Positions 1-9,991 of a DNA stretch of 64,000 nt are shown here, in pieces (the first letter of the stretch is position 1; each line of letters starts with the position of its first letter). The stretch covers positions 419,263 through 483,262 of the IMG/VR virus record IMGVR_UViG_3300027996_002186; one strand, given 5' to 3'. The notes under the pieces were generated by a model. It saw only the letters and a list, made by a program, of their open reading frames with translations. It made no database searches and was not told the origin of the DNA. The position numbers and the translations under genes are program-made.

Positions 1-852
1 GAATGTGAAATTATCACCATCAATTTTAGTAATTGATTTACTACCAACTTGAACATCATCCCACTTATCCTCATCTGTTTTTTCTTCATCTGAAAGTTTA
101 TTCCATTCCTCTTCTTTGAAATCCTTTCTTTTATAAATAACAACATCATCTTCTTTATACTCAACTGGTTTTCCAGTTTTTTCAAATTTAACCCAGTCTT
201 CTCTTTGTTTCTCTCCAAGTGTTTTAGCTTCTATTTGTTTAGCTGCGGCTAGTTTCTTAGATTCTGGATCCTCTGATTTTTCTAAAGATGATATTTCAGC
301 ATTCAATAAATCCAATGTGAATTGATCCTTTTTAATATTAATTATTATTTGTAATTGTGGGTTCTTAGAACCACCACCCTGTTTTACTAATACAGCATCC
401 ATCTCTTTAATAGCCATACCTTTCATTTGTACAATTATCTTTTTTAAGATATCTTGCTTTTGTTTTAATATCTTAGGATCTACAGCTGGTTTCTTTTCGG
501 CCTCTCCTGGTTTTTTATCAGTAGTTTCCTCTGCTCCTTCTTCTGCTACTGCTCCTTCTTCTCCTTCTTCTGCTACTGCTTCTTCTGCTTCGAATACTTT
601 AGACTCTTTGACAGAAACTTTACCTAATTCTAAGTTTAAACCAGTTTGTTTAACAATAGCATCATTTATCAACTTCAGATATTTTTTATAAATAACCTCA
701 ATCTCATTACCACCCTGCGTCTTTCTTATATTTTCTCCAGCTTTTTTAAACATTTTTCCGAAGAATTTACCAATAGCACCAAGAAATTCTTCATTGACTG
801 GTTTATTATTATTATTATTCTTGAAAGATTCAAAGGTTCTTACATATTTCAT
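1..852 (-). CDS. Hypothetical virion-internal protein, runs off the left edge of the window (not in ORF track)
   Basis: Manual translation from CAT at 850-852: MKYVRTFESFKNNNNKPVNEEFLGAIGKFFG..., open to position 1; TAATATATA motif at 878-886(-). Confidence 0.75.
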   Translation of the reverse strand, partial: MKYVRTFESFKNNNNNKPVNEEFLGAIGKFFGKMFKKAGENIRKTQGGNEIEVIYKKYLKLINDAIVKQTGLNLELGKVSVKESKVFEAEEAVAEEGEEGAVAEEGAEETTDKKPGEAEKKPAVDPKILKQKQDILKKIIVQMKGMAIKEMDAVLVKQGGGSKNPQLQIIINIKKDQFTLDLLNAEISSLEKSEDPESKKLAAAKQIEAKTLGEKQREDWVKFEKTGKPVEYKEDDVVIYKRKDFKEEEWNKLSDEEKTDEDKWDDVQVGSKSITKIDGDNFTF

Positions 853-940
853 AATTTTATAATATTTTTATATAATCTATATATTAGTTTTCTAAACTAT
901 AATTTAATTTAAACATATAAACAAAAAGTATTATATAATT

Positions 941-1411
941 ATGGAAAAGATAGATTCTTTAAATCAAGTGGCTGAATTCCACAAAACTTTCAAAGCTCCC
1001 ATTTTAGATACCCCACAAATACCAGGTGAGGATAGATGTGAACTACGTGTAAACCTTCTACAAGAAGAATTAGATGAGTTATCACAAGCAATAAAAGAAA
1101 ACGACCTTGTTGAGGTAGCTGATGCTCTTTGTGACTTACAATATGTATTGTCTGGTGCAGTTCTTGAATTTGGTTTAGGTGATAAATTTGTTGAGTTATT
1201 CGATGAGGTACAAAGAAGTAATATGTCAAAGGCATGTGATACAATGAAAGAAGCTTTGGCTACATTATCACACTACAAAAAGAAAGATGGTACAGAGGGT
1301 AATTATAAAGAAGTAAATGGTAAATATGTTGTTTACAGAAACTCTGATAATAAAGTATTGAAGTCAATTAACTACTCACCTACTAGTTTAAAAAACATAA
1401 TAGAAGGATGA
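941..1411 (+). CDS. MazG/PRA-PH-like nucleoside triphosphate pyrophosphohydrolase
   Basis: LLQEELDEL...EVADALCDLQYV...EVQRSNMSK motifs. Confidence 0.85.
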   Translation: MEKIDSLNQVAEFHKTFKAPILDTPQIPGEDRCELRVNLLQEELDELSQAIKENDLVEVADALCDLQYVLSGAVLEFGLGDKFVELFDEVQRSNMSKACDTMKEALATLSHYKKKDGTEGNYKEVNGKYVVYRNSDNKVLKSINYSPTSLKNIIEG

Positions 1412-2409
1412 AAACAATTTTAGTCACTGGTGGTGCTGGGTATATTGGATCACACACAATTTTAGAATTATTGAAAGAAGGAAGTGAAGAATGTGAAGTT
1501 TTAATACTTGATGACTTTTCTAATTCAAACCCTTTGATTATTAATAAACTTAATAAGATGGTTAATAATGTAAAAGTGTATGCTAGAGATTGTAGAGATA
1601 CAATAGATGATATATTAACTAATCATAAGATTGATGGTGTTATACATTTTGCAGCATCTAAAGCAGTTGGTGAATCGGTTAATAACCCATTAGAATATTA
1701 TGATAATAACATTAATTCTTTATTAAATATTTTGGATGCTTGTAAAAGATTTGATATTAGAAGTTTAGTATTTTCATCTTCTTGTTCTCTTTATGGTGAT
1801 GTTGATAAATTACCAGTAAATGAAGATACTGAGTTATCTGATCCACAATCACCATACGCTTATACTAAGTTGGTTGGTGAGAGAATAATATCAGATTTTT
1901 GTAATTCAAATTCGAATATTAGTGTTGTATCACTTAGATACTTTAATCCTGTTGGTGCTCACGAAAGTGGAGAGATAGGAGAATATCCAATAACAAAACC
2001 AAATAATATACTTCCGGTTATATGTAACTCTGCTGATACAGGAGAAGAAATGGTGGTGTTTGGTGATACTTATGATACTCGTGATGGTTCTTGTATAAGG
2101 GATTATGTTCATGTCTCAGATATAGCTAGAGCTCATGTTGACTCTCTTAATTATATGTCATCAAATGTTGGTATTTGTGATGTTATTAATTTAGGATCAG
2201 GTGATGGTGTTTCTGTTTTAGAGTTGATTAAAACATTTGAAGAGGTAAATGGTGTTAATATAAACTATAAAATAAGTGATGCGAGAGAAGGTGATATAGT
2301 TCAAATATACTCTGATTCATCAAAAGCTAAAAAACTTTTGGGATGGGAAACTAAATATGATATTAAAGATATGGTATCATCTGCTTGGAAATGGCATAAA
2401 AACTTGTAA
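1408..2409 (+). CDS. galE: UDP-glucose 4-epimerase
   Basis: TGGAGYIGSH, FAASKAVGES, YxxxK (YAYTK), LRYFNPVGAH, RDYVHV. Confidence 0.95.
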   Translation: MKTILVTGGAGYIGSHTILELLKEGSEECEVLILDDFSNSNPLIINKLNKMVNNVKVYARDCRDTIDDILTNHKIDGVIHFAASKAVGESVNNPLEYYDNNINSLLNILDACKRFDIRSLVFSSSCSLYGDVDKLPVNEDTELSDPQSPYAYTKLVGERIISDFCNSNSNISVVSLRYFNPVGAHESGEIGEYPITKPNNILPVICNSADTGEEMVVFGDTYDTRDGSCIRDYVHVSDIARAHVDSLNYMSSNVGICDVINLGSGDGVSVLELIKTFEEVNGVNINYKISDAREGDIVQIYSDSSKAKKLLGWETKYDIKDMVSSAWKWHKNL

Positions 2410-2433
2410 TAACTAATAATTTTAATTACCTTT

Positions 2434-2814
2434 ATGTATATGATTTCAAATAAATCGAAAAAAAGAAAACAACATCAAAAAGAATTAAACTCTCTTAGAA
2501 ATAGGATGGGTTCTAATATCGTTTGGTTTAATTCTCTTTCTGAAAAAAACCAGTGTGATATATTATTTCAATGGAAAAAAGAAAAATATCATAATAAATT
2601 AACACAACCAGAAAAGGTTATAGATAAACTATTCCTACCAAGAAATAGAAAACCACTAAGATATGGATATGGTAATAAAAGGTTCAAATGGGTTGAGCGA
2701 ATAAATTACCCACCAAATATAAAACATTTCATCAATAGTGTGAAGTTACGTTACAAACCAAATGTGGTTCAGTTACGTGAATCTGCTATTGACTTACTTT
2801 TAAAAAATAAATAA
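2434..2814 (+). CDS. Basic hypothetical protein with a variant C-terminal tag
   Basis: In operon; ends LRESAIDLLLKNK. Confidence 0.6.
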   Translation: MYMISNKSKKRKQHQKELNSLRNRMGSNIVWFNSLSEKNQCDILFQWKKEKYHNKLTQPEKVIDKLFLPRNRKPLRYGYGNKRFKWVERINYPPNIKHFINSVKLRYKPNVVQLRESAIDLLLKNK

Positions 2815-2819
2815 ATAAT

Positions 2820-3803
2820 ATGAAAATTTTCAACGGATCAACTAGTGAGAAATTAGCAAATAGTATTTGTAATATACTATGTGTAGAGTTTGACATCGAT
2901 ATCAAACCAGGCAAACTAAAGATAGACAAGTTCTTAGATGGTGAGATATTGCCATTATTCGAAGAGACTGTTAGAGATGAAGATGTTTTCTTTATTCAAT
3001 CAACAATGTCTTCTGATACAATTATGGAAACTCTATTAATAATAGATGCTGCTAAGAGAGCAGGGTGTAAATCATTTACGTTAGTTTCTCCGTTTCAAGG
3101 ATATTCAAGACAAGATAAAACAGACCATTTGAGATCATCTATTGGTTCTAAACTATTAGCCGATATATTAGAGAAAGCTGGTATGACGAGAATTATCACT
3201 ATTGACTTACACGCATCTGCTATTCAGGGATTTTATAATGTTCCGGTTGTTCACCTTAATGGTAACAAGATATTCATTGAACATATCAAAAATAACCAAA
3301 TTGATGATTTAACTATTATTGCACCTGATCAAGGAGCTGTTAAGAGAGCAACAGATTTCTGTAAAGCTTTCCCTGAAGCAACATTTGCAATGATTAATAA
3401 GAAAAGAATTAAACCAAATGAAATTCACTCTATGGAATTGGTTGGTGATGTTGAGGGTAGAAATGTTGTTATCGTTGATGATATGGCTGATACACTTGGT
3501 ACATTAAAAAAAGCTAGTGAATTGGTTATGAAGATGGGAGCTAAGAGTGTTAGAGCAATAGCTACACATGGAGTATTGAGTGGTAAAGCACTTGATAATT
3601 TAGAAACATCTATGTTAACTGAGTTAATGGTTTCTGATAGTATCTCAACAGTTGTTGATAAAAAGTTTAATGAGTCATTGAAAAACAGAGAAGGTGTTAT
3701 GGGTGGTCAAAAATTAAACATCATTTCTTGTGATAGAATTTTAGCTAAGTCTATTAATTTTATCTCAAAGAAAAAGAGTATTCATGAATTGAATATAGTG
3801 TAA
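2820..3803 (+). CDS. prs: Ribose-phosphate pyrophosphokinase (PRPP synthetase family)
   Basis: FLDGE, YSRQDK, IDLHA, APDQGA, GDVEGR, VDDMADTLGT, THGVLSG. Confidence 0.93.
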   Translation: MKIFNGSTSEKLANSICNILCVEFDIDIKPGKLKIDKFLDGEILPLFEETVRDEDVFFIQSTMSSDTIMETLLIIDAAKRAGCKSFTLVSPFQGYSRQDKTDHLRSSIGSKLLADILEKAGMTRIITIDLHASAIQGFYNVPVVHLNGNKIFIEHIKNNQIDDLTIIAPDQGAVKRATDFCKAFPEATFAMINKKRIKPNEIHSMELVGDVEGRNVVIVDDMADTLGTLKKASELVMKMGAKSVRAIATHGVLSGKALDNLETSMLTELMVSDSISTVVDKKFNESLKNREGVMGGQKLNIISCDRILAKSINFISKKKSIHELNIV

Positions 3804-3818
3804 AAAATAATAATTAGT

Positions 3819-4184
3819 ATGAAAGTATTTTTAGTAGATATAGATGGAACCTGTTGTGATGATATTAGTAATGAAGATTCACACTTATATGCAACTGCAA
3901 AAGTTATTGAGGGTTCATTAGAACAAATTAATAAGTGGTATGATGATGGACATCATATTACATTTTTCACGGCTCGTGAATCAAAAGATAGAGATGTTAC
4001 AATAAAATGGTTAGATGATAATGGGTTTAAATATAATGGCCTAATAACAGATAAACCAAGGTGTAAAGGTGAGGATGATGAATATATCTGGATAGATAAT
4101 CGTAAAGTACGCGGGATAACATATAGTGAAGTGTGGGGAGATTTGAAGAAAGTGAATAAAGAAATTTTAACATTCGGAGACTAA
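3819..4184 (+). CDS. Small HAD-superfamily phosphatase
   Basis: VDIDGT motif I, FTAR motif II, KP...IDNR. Confidence 0.8.
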   Translation: MKVFLVDIDGTCCDDISNEDSHLYATAKVIEGSLEQINKWYDDGHHITFFTARESKDRDVTIKWLDDNGFKYNGLITDKPRCKGEDDEYIWIDNRKVRGITYSEVWGDLKKVNKEILTFGD

Positions 4185-4198
4185 AAATAACCTTTGTA

Positions 4199-4492
4199 AT
4201 GAATGAGTGGGTAATAAAAGATATGATAAAACGAGGAATAATCTCCTTTAGTAAGGGAGATGAGGTCGTTCTATTGAAGAGAAAAAAAAATGGTTATCCA
4301 AAATCTGTTAAGGGAGATGAGGTTTATATAATCACTCATATAGAAAATGATAATATAACTATTGCTCAACATTCCACTGATGGTGTTGGTTGGGTAAACC
4401 ATAATAAAGTAAATAAAATATATCTAATAAATAAATCAAAATTAAGAGATATCAAAATAAACTCTATACTGAATGAAACAAATCGGTTATAG
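4199..4492 (+). CDS. Hypothetical SH3-like protein with C-terminal tag
   Basis: FSKGDEV beta-barrel-like start; ends LRDIKINSILNETNRL. Confidence 0.6.
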   Translation: MNEWVIKDMIKRGIISFSKGDEVVLLKRKKNGYPKSVKGDEVYIITHIENDNITIAQHSTDGVGWVNHNKVNKIYLINKSKLRDIKINSILNETNRL

Positions 4493-4522
4493 TAGATATA
4501 AATAAAAAATAATAATATTTAA

Positions 4523-5701
4523 ATGGGGAAATTAGCGCTTAATTTCATATGTAAGGACGAATCACATGTGATAGGAAAGATGTTAGAAAGTGCAAAATCA
4601 TTCACTGATCTAATTGTCGTAACAGATACCGGATCTACTGATGGTACACAGGATATAATAAGAAAGTTCGGAGAAGATAACAACATACCAACGTATGTTT
4701 ATGATAGACCGTTTGATAACTTTGAAAATAGTAGAAACCATTCAATGGAGAAGCTAAGAGAGGTTGTTAAAGAATTGGATTGGAATGCAGATAAAACATA
4801 CGGGTATTGGTTTGATTGTGATGAAACTGTAATCATACAGCCAAAATTCGATAAGAGACAATTCACAAAAGATTTATATATGATGAATACGTATATCGGT
4901 CAAATGAAATATACTAGAAATACTTTCTTTAGAGTGTCTAAGCCATTTAAGTGGTATGGTCCTGTTCATGAATTTATCATATGTGAAGATAAGAATATTA
5001 CCTCGGCACTTGCTGAGAATATTCATGTTGATGTTAAGATGACTGGTAACTCTTGGCAAGGTGATATACCAGCTAAATATAAATCTCATGCTCACGTATT
5101 AGAAAATTATATTGATAATGATAGAAAAGATCCAAGGTGGATTTTCTATACAGCTCAATCATATCATGATTCAGCATCTTTACCAAATAACAAAGACGAG
5201 AATGAAGAAAGGTTAAGAAGATCTCTTAAATATTATAGAGAAAGAACTTCTAGGCCTGATGGTTATGCTGAAGAAATTTACTATTCACAATTTAGAATAG
5301 GAACAGTTATGAGACTTCTTGAAGAACCTTGGTCTTTAACACATCAAGAGTGTTTGAAAGCTTATTCTATGGATCCAATGAGAGGTGAGTCTATAAAAAC
5401 AATAATAGATTATTACTTACAAGTTGGTGAATGGCATATGGCTTATCTTTATACGAAGTTCTGTAAGGTTAATTTCCACGGTAAAAATCCTTATCCTAAG
5501 AGATTATTATTTGTTGATGAGGCTCTTTATACTTGGAAGTTTGCTGAGGCACACGCCGCGGCTAGTTTTTATACTGGTAGAATGGATGAAGCTAAGGCTA
5601 ATTTTCAAGAGATAGTCAATTTAGTTAAAACACAACCACAATCTTTTACTCCGGATGATTTGAAGAAGATTGAAACAAATGGTCAATTCTTTAATAAATA
5701 A
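4523..5701 (+). CDS. GT2 glycosyltransferase with TPR-like helical C-terminus
   Basis: ICKDE, DTGSTDGT, DxD (FDCDE), WYGPVHE, followed by TPR-like repeats (FYTAQSYHD, YYSQFRIG). Confidence 0.85.
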   Translation: MGKLALNFICKDESHVIGKMLESAKSFTDLIVVTDTGSTDGTQDIIRKFGEDNNIPTYVYDRPFDNFENSRNHSMEKLREVVKELDWNADKTYGYWFDCDETVIIQPKFDKRQFTKDLYMMNTYIGQMKYTRNTFFRVSKPFKWYGPVHEFIICEDKNITSALAENIHVDVKMTGNSWQGDIPAKYKSHAHVLENYIDNDRKDPRWIFYTAQSYHDSASLPNNKDENEERLRRSLKYYRERTSRPDGYAEEIYYSQFRIGTVMRLLEEPWSLTHQECLKAYSMDPMRGESIKTIIDYYLQVGEWHMAYLYTKFCKVNFHGKNPYPKRLLFVDEALYTWKFAEAHAAASFYTGRMDEAKANFQEIVNLVKTQPQSFTPDDLKKIETNGQFFNK

Positions 5702-5744
5702 TATATCATATACTGGTAAATTATGTTAGTAACAATAAGTAGAT

Positions 5745-6224
5745 ATGATTAAGATAATTGTAGCAACTTCGAAAAATAGAGTCATTGGTAATGATAACTC
5801 TTTGATATGGAATTTACCATCAGATTTGAAGCACTTCAAGAAACTAACAACTGATAATTCAATTGTTATGGGTAGGAAGACTTATGAATCAATTGGTAGA
5901 CCTTTACCAAATAGAAGAAATATAATAATAACAAGACAAGAAGATTATGAGGTGGATGATTGTGAGGTTGTTGGTTCATTAGAAGAAGCTTTATTATTAT
6001 GTGGTTCTAATTGTTTTATAATTGGTGGAGGTGAGATATATAAACAGTCAATTAATATAGCTGATAAAATATATCTCACCCTTATTGATGAGGAGTTTGA
6101 AGGAGATACTTATTTTCCTGAGATTGATGAGGATTGGGTAGAAGTGATAAGAGAGAATAAAGAACAGGATGATAAAAACGAGTATAATTATTCATTTATA
6201 GAATATGAAAGATATAAATTTTAA
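5745..6224 (+). CDS. folA: Dihydrofolate reductase
   Basis: VIG...W.LPSDLKHFK, VMGRKTYESIGRPLPNR, IGGGEIY, GDTYFP. Confidence 0.97.
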   Translation: MIKIIVATSKNRVIGNDNSLIWNLPSDLKHFKKLTTDNSIVMGRKTYESIGRPLPNRRNIIITRQEDYEVDDCEVVGSLEEALLLCGSNCFIIGGGEIYKQSINIADKIYLTLIDEEFEGDTYFPEIDEDWVEVIRENKEQDDKNEYNYSFIEYERYKF

Positions 6225-6780
6225 GGGTAAATTAATAATGATAATGGGTCCTCCTGCTAGTGGTAAATCAACATTAGCTTCTGAGGTACACACTGAATTG
6301 AAAAAGAGAAATATTAATTCTGTTTTTGTAGGTGAATCTGCAACTGATTATATTGCTGAGTATGGTATTCCAGATTCACCTAATGATCAAATGGTTATCT
6401 TTTATAAACAATTGAATAAGGAATTAATGTTTTTAGATAGTAAGGATTATATAATATGTGATTCTAGTTCGATTCTAAATTATTTCTATTTCAGAAATTT
6501 ATTCGATTCTAAACTATCTAATAAAGATATAGCATCAATAAATCATTTACAGAAGGAAATATTAAAACACATAAATACGATTGATGAAATATTTTATGTA
6601 CCAGCTATGTCAGTTAATGATAGTGATGATGGTATTAGATTTCATGATAAAGGTGAGATTGAGAAGTTAGGAACTTGGATAAAGTCTTATTTAGAAATAG
6701 AAAATATAAAACATATTGATTTATCTAATGAGAATATGGATAATAGAGTTGATTTTATAATAAAAAGTTTAATAAAATAA
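6205..6780 (+). CDS. P-loop kinase, NadR/AAA_28-like
   Basis: GPPASGKST, ESAT, IICDSS, DGIR. Confidence 0.7.
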   Translation: MKDINFKGKLIMIMGPPASGKSTLASEVHTELKKRNINSVFVGESATDYIAEYGIPDSPNDQMVIFYKQLNKELMFLDSKDYIICDSSSILNYFYFRNLFDSKLSNKDIASINHLQKEILKHINTIDEIFYVPAMSVNDSDDGIRFHDKGEIEKLGTWIKSYLEIENIKHIDLSNENMDNRVDFIIKSLIK

Positions 6781-6782
6781 AT

Positions 6783-6977
6783 ATGATAATAATTAAAACA
6801 GAAAAGAAAATTGGTGAATTTTTAGATAACTCATCCGTTGATAATATTCCTTTAAGAAGAATCAATTCTTTGGATGAATTAAAAGAATTTGAAGATGACG
6901 ATTACCAAATAATAAAAATGCCATCGACACCGATTATAGATATAGAAAAGGCTAAAGGAAATTCTTTTAGAAGGTAG
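6783..6977 (+). CDS. Hypothetical protein
   Basis: Fills gap at end of operon. Confidence 0.5.
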   Translation: MIIIKTEKKIGEFLDNSSVDNIPLRRINSLDELKEFEDDDYQIIKMPSTPIIDIEKAKGNSFRR

Positions 6978-6978
6978 A

Positions 6979-7410
6979 TTATTTATAAACCTTAAATGGA
7001 AGACTTTTAGATTTATAACCTTTAAAATCCTCTCTAAACTCTTCAAGTCTAGGTTCTATCTCGTCAGATTTTATTATCCAAAATTGAGCACCAGCTGCTA
7101 TTGCTTTCGCTTTTTCGGATTCCTCGTTGGATGAGGATATTATTCCGACAACCACCTCATTTCCGTATTCAAAATTTATCTTTCTAATCAATTCTATACC
7201 ATCGAAAGAACTACCTAATATATTTAAATCTATAAAGGCACAACTAGGTTTTCCTTTACCACTCTCAAACCATTCTTTAAACATATTACTAGCATCATCT
7301 GAACTAGACACACTTGTAAGGCTTAATGTTATATCTAAAAGACTGCAAGCGTCTTCGAAGACTAGGTGGAATAAGTCTTCATCATCTACTAATAATATTG
7401 AATCAATCAT
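6979..7410 (-). CDS. Single-domain response regulator (receiver only)
   Basis: LLVDDED, phosphoacceptor FIDLN, DGIELI, ISSS, IIKS. Confidence 0.9.
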   Translation of the reverse strand: MIDSILLVDDEDLFHLVFEDACSLLDITLSLTSVSSSDDASNMFKEWFESGKGKPSCAFIDLNILGSSFDGIELIRKINFEYGNEVVVGIISSSNEESEKAKAIAAGAQFWIIKSDEIEPRLEEFREDFKGYKSKSLPFKVYK

Positions 7411-8663
7411 AATGGTATTTCTATTTTTATTTTAGTTCCTATTTTTATTTTTTCACTACTAACACCAAAACCATGTTCTTTCATTATCGCTAAACATATG
7501 TTTAACCCTAATCCCGTTCCAGACTCTTGTTGTTTATTTTTTCTTATATATGGTTTAGATAAGTCTTCAAATTCCTTTTGCGACATCCCTCTTCCATTGT
7601 CTTCTATTATTAGTAAATTTCTATACGAACCTCTATCTTTATTGTATTTCGCTTCATCCATATATATCTTAACTAACTTTGAATCACTGTCATTATATTT
7701 TAACCCATTTCTTATTAGGTTATCTACAGCAGTACAAAATAAAGATTCATTAACGTTACATTCTATTAAATTTTCTATAATAACTTGTTTTGAGTATGCG
7801 GTAGTACTTAGGTGTGATTTTAATATATCCTTTAAATTAAAAATTTCTCTTTCTAATGTAGCATCTTTTTTAACAAGATTTGTAAATTCTTTAACACCAG
7901 TATATACTTTTTGTGAGTGTTTTAACCCTTCCTCTATTAACTTTAAAGAGGATTCTAGTTTTAATTTTTTAATAATTTCGGGAGACATCTTTCTTTTTAA
8001 AGAACGTAAACCTCTTGGCATATAGGTGTTTATCCCACTATGCATATCGTGTCTTAATATTTTTGCAGCATGTTCTAGGTAGGAGTTGGTTTTTTCTATC
8101 TCAGCTTTTTGTTCTACCATTTCTGTTATATTGTTTACTACTTTTAGTATCTTATAACATTTACCATTACCATCTAGAATAGGGTTGTAATTACCATTGA
8201 TGTGAACCTCATCACCTTCACTATCTATTCTCACAAATTCACCACTTTTAAATTCACCATCTCTTAAATCTTTCCAAAACTTTTTATATTTAAGTGTGTT
8301 TTTATATTCATGTTTAACGAACATACTATGATGTTTACCTTTAACCTCTTCTATTGTATAACCAAATATGTCTAGGAAATTTTGGTTTGCTTTAATTACG
8401 TGTCCATCAGGACAAAATTCTATTACAGAATTAGATTTGTTAATAGCGTCTAACATGTTGGAATTGAAATTGGAGTTATTACCTATATTTTCTTTTAGTA
8501 TAATACAAAAAGGTGGTAAAAATAATAACAAACTAATAAACTCATACCAATCTGTATATACCGAAGAATTAATAAATCCAGATAACAACATAACTTTAAC
8601 TACAAAAAAAGTAATTATAATAAGGAAAGATGTGTAAATTGATATGTGGAAACTTTTGTTCAT
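7407..8663 (-). CDS. Membrane PAS-domain sensor histidine kinase
   Basis: Two N-terminal hydrophobic segments; PAS (ANQNFLDIFGY...GKHHSMF...FW..L..GEF); H-box LRHDM; N-box NLIRNGLKY; DNGRG; GTGLGL. Confidence 0.92.
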   Translation of the reverse strand: MNKSFHISIYTSFLIIITFFVVKVMLLSGFINSSVYTDWYEFISLLLFLPPFCIILKENIGNNSNFNSNMLDAINKSNSVIEFCPDGHVIKANQNFLDIFGYTIEEVKGKHHSMFVKHEYKNTLKYKKFWKDLRDGEFKSGEFVRIDSEGDEVHINGNYNPILDGNGKCYKILKVVNNITEMVEQKAEIEKTNSYLEHAAKILRHDMHSGINTYMPRGLRSLKRKMSPEIIKKLKLESSLKLIEEGLKHSQKVYTGVKEFTNLVKKDATLEREIFNLKDILKSHLSTTAYSKQVIIENLIECNVNESLFCTAVDNLIRNGLKYNDSDSKLVKIYMDEAKYNKDRGSYRNLLIIEDNGRGMSQKEFEDLSKPYIRKNKQQESGTGLGLNICLAIMKEHGFGVSSEKIKIGTKIKIEIPL

Positions 8664-8736
8664 AACTTATTAATTTTATTTAATCGATGAACAGGTTTGA
8701 GTTATATCGGAAATCTATCCCAAACCATCTCGAACA

Positions 8737-9015
8737 TCACATTTGGTCAAGATTATCATCGGTATATTCACCCGGATAGTCGTCTTCGTCCTCACCAAGT
8801 ATAGTATTGATTACTTCTCTAGTATATTTATCTGTCAGAAATGAGACAAAATTATCTAAGGTTGTATGACAAGATGAGTGTACATCATTTTCTTTATGAA
8901 AATCATCTAAGTCTGTGAAAAAATCTAAGGTTTTCCATGGTCCTTCTTCCTCTTCTTGCATCTCTAAAATTCGATTGACTTTAGTATTTTCATTAAACCT
9001 ATTTATATGTTTCAT
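8737..9015 (-). CDS. Acidic hypothetical protein with N-terminal capsid-targeting-like motif
   Basis: Starts MKHINRFNE. Confidence 0.65.
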   Translation of the reverse strand: MKHINRFNENTKVNRILEMQEEEEGPWKTLDFFTDLDDFHKENDVHSSCHTTLDNFVSFLTDKYTREVINTILGEDEDDYPGEYTDDNLDQM

Positions 9016-9027
9016 AATCTTTTATTT

Positions 9028-9687
9028 TTATTTTGAAAGTAATCTAATTAAATCCTCAGTTATTATAGTTATAAGCTTTTTACCTTCAACTGTAACAAGT
9101 GGTATATTTTTAACCATTGAATACTTATCATTACCATCAACATAAACAGATTCTAGTAATTTTTTAAGTTTAGGTTCATTTTTATATTTATCAATATAAT
9201 AAGATTTTAATTCAGTTACAAATTTACCTAAATCAACACCTTCTTTATAGTTATATTTAACCATTTGAAGTTCGTTATCTTGTTTCTCAACCATTATATA
9301 CCAGATTGATTTCTTAGGTACTTTAACATTTTCAAGGAAGTTATAAGCTTTAGAAGCTTTAATATTCTTAGGGAATTTAGCAATTTTACCAAAAGTCTCA
9401 ACCTCTTTATTTTCATTCTCCTCTTCAAACTCATATCCGAAATCTTCGTTTTCATCATCATTAGATAAATTAATATCTTGATCTTCTGGCATCAGATTCT
9501 TTCTAGATGCTGGTTTCTCAATCTTTTTAGAGTCAAGTGGTAAATTTGGATTCATAGGAATATCAGAATCTTTAAATCCATTAAAGGGTAATGATGGATC
9601 TATTTCCTTAATCTTTTTAGATTCGGTTTTAATATCAGAGAATTTTCTGAAACCTACTATTTTCTTATTGTTTGACTTATCTGACAT
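9028..9687 (-). CDS. Hypothetical protein, possibly head-associated
   Basis: KKIVGFRKFSD near N-terminus, acidic linker, TAATATATA upstream. Confidence 0.6.
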   Translation of the reverse strand: MSDKSNNKKIVGFRKFSDIKTESKKIKEIDPSLPFNGFKDSDIPMNPNLPLDSKKIEKPASRKNLMPEDQDINLSNDDENEDFGYEFEEENENKEVETFGKIAKFPKNIKASKAYNFLENVKVPKKSIWYIMVEKQDNELQMVKYNYKEGVDLGKFVTELKSYYIDKYKNEPKLKKLLESVYVDGNDKYSMVKNIPLVTVEGKKLITIITEDLIRLLSK

Positions 9688-9736
9688 TCGTTTAAATTAC
9701 TTTTGTTTATTATATATTAAAATTTGAAATGGTTTT

Positions 9737-9991
9737 TTATCCTTGTTGTTTATAGTAATATTTATCCACCATGTAGTTCTTAAAATTCTTCATAACATTC
9801 ATATGGTCGAAATTTATAGAAACTAAGGGTTGTAATTTTTTAAGGAAAGTATTCATGACATCATTCTCATACATATAAGGTGATAATGATTTATCAAGTA
9901 AATTATTTTCATAATCAAAATTTGAATCATCATCATCATGTCTGTGTTTCATGTAATTAAGTTCACTAAGTTGTTGTCTATCGTATAACAT
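9737..9991 (-). CDS. Hypothetical protein coupled to the baseplate gene
   Basis: Start overlaps stop of upstream gene. Confidence 0.6.
   Translation of the reverse strand: MLYDRQQLSELNYMKHRHDDDDSNFDYENNLLDKSLSPYMYENDVMNTFLKKLQPLVSINFDHMNVMKNFKNYMVDKYYYKQQG

Noticed and set aside
8680-8739. Hairpin after the TGA of ORF 9015-, suggesting selenocysteine or readthrough
   Set aside because: The protein has no redox motif, the stem is short and imperfect, and no Sec machinery is in view; a regulatory hairpin before the kinase cannot be excluded
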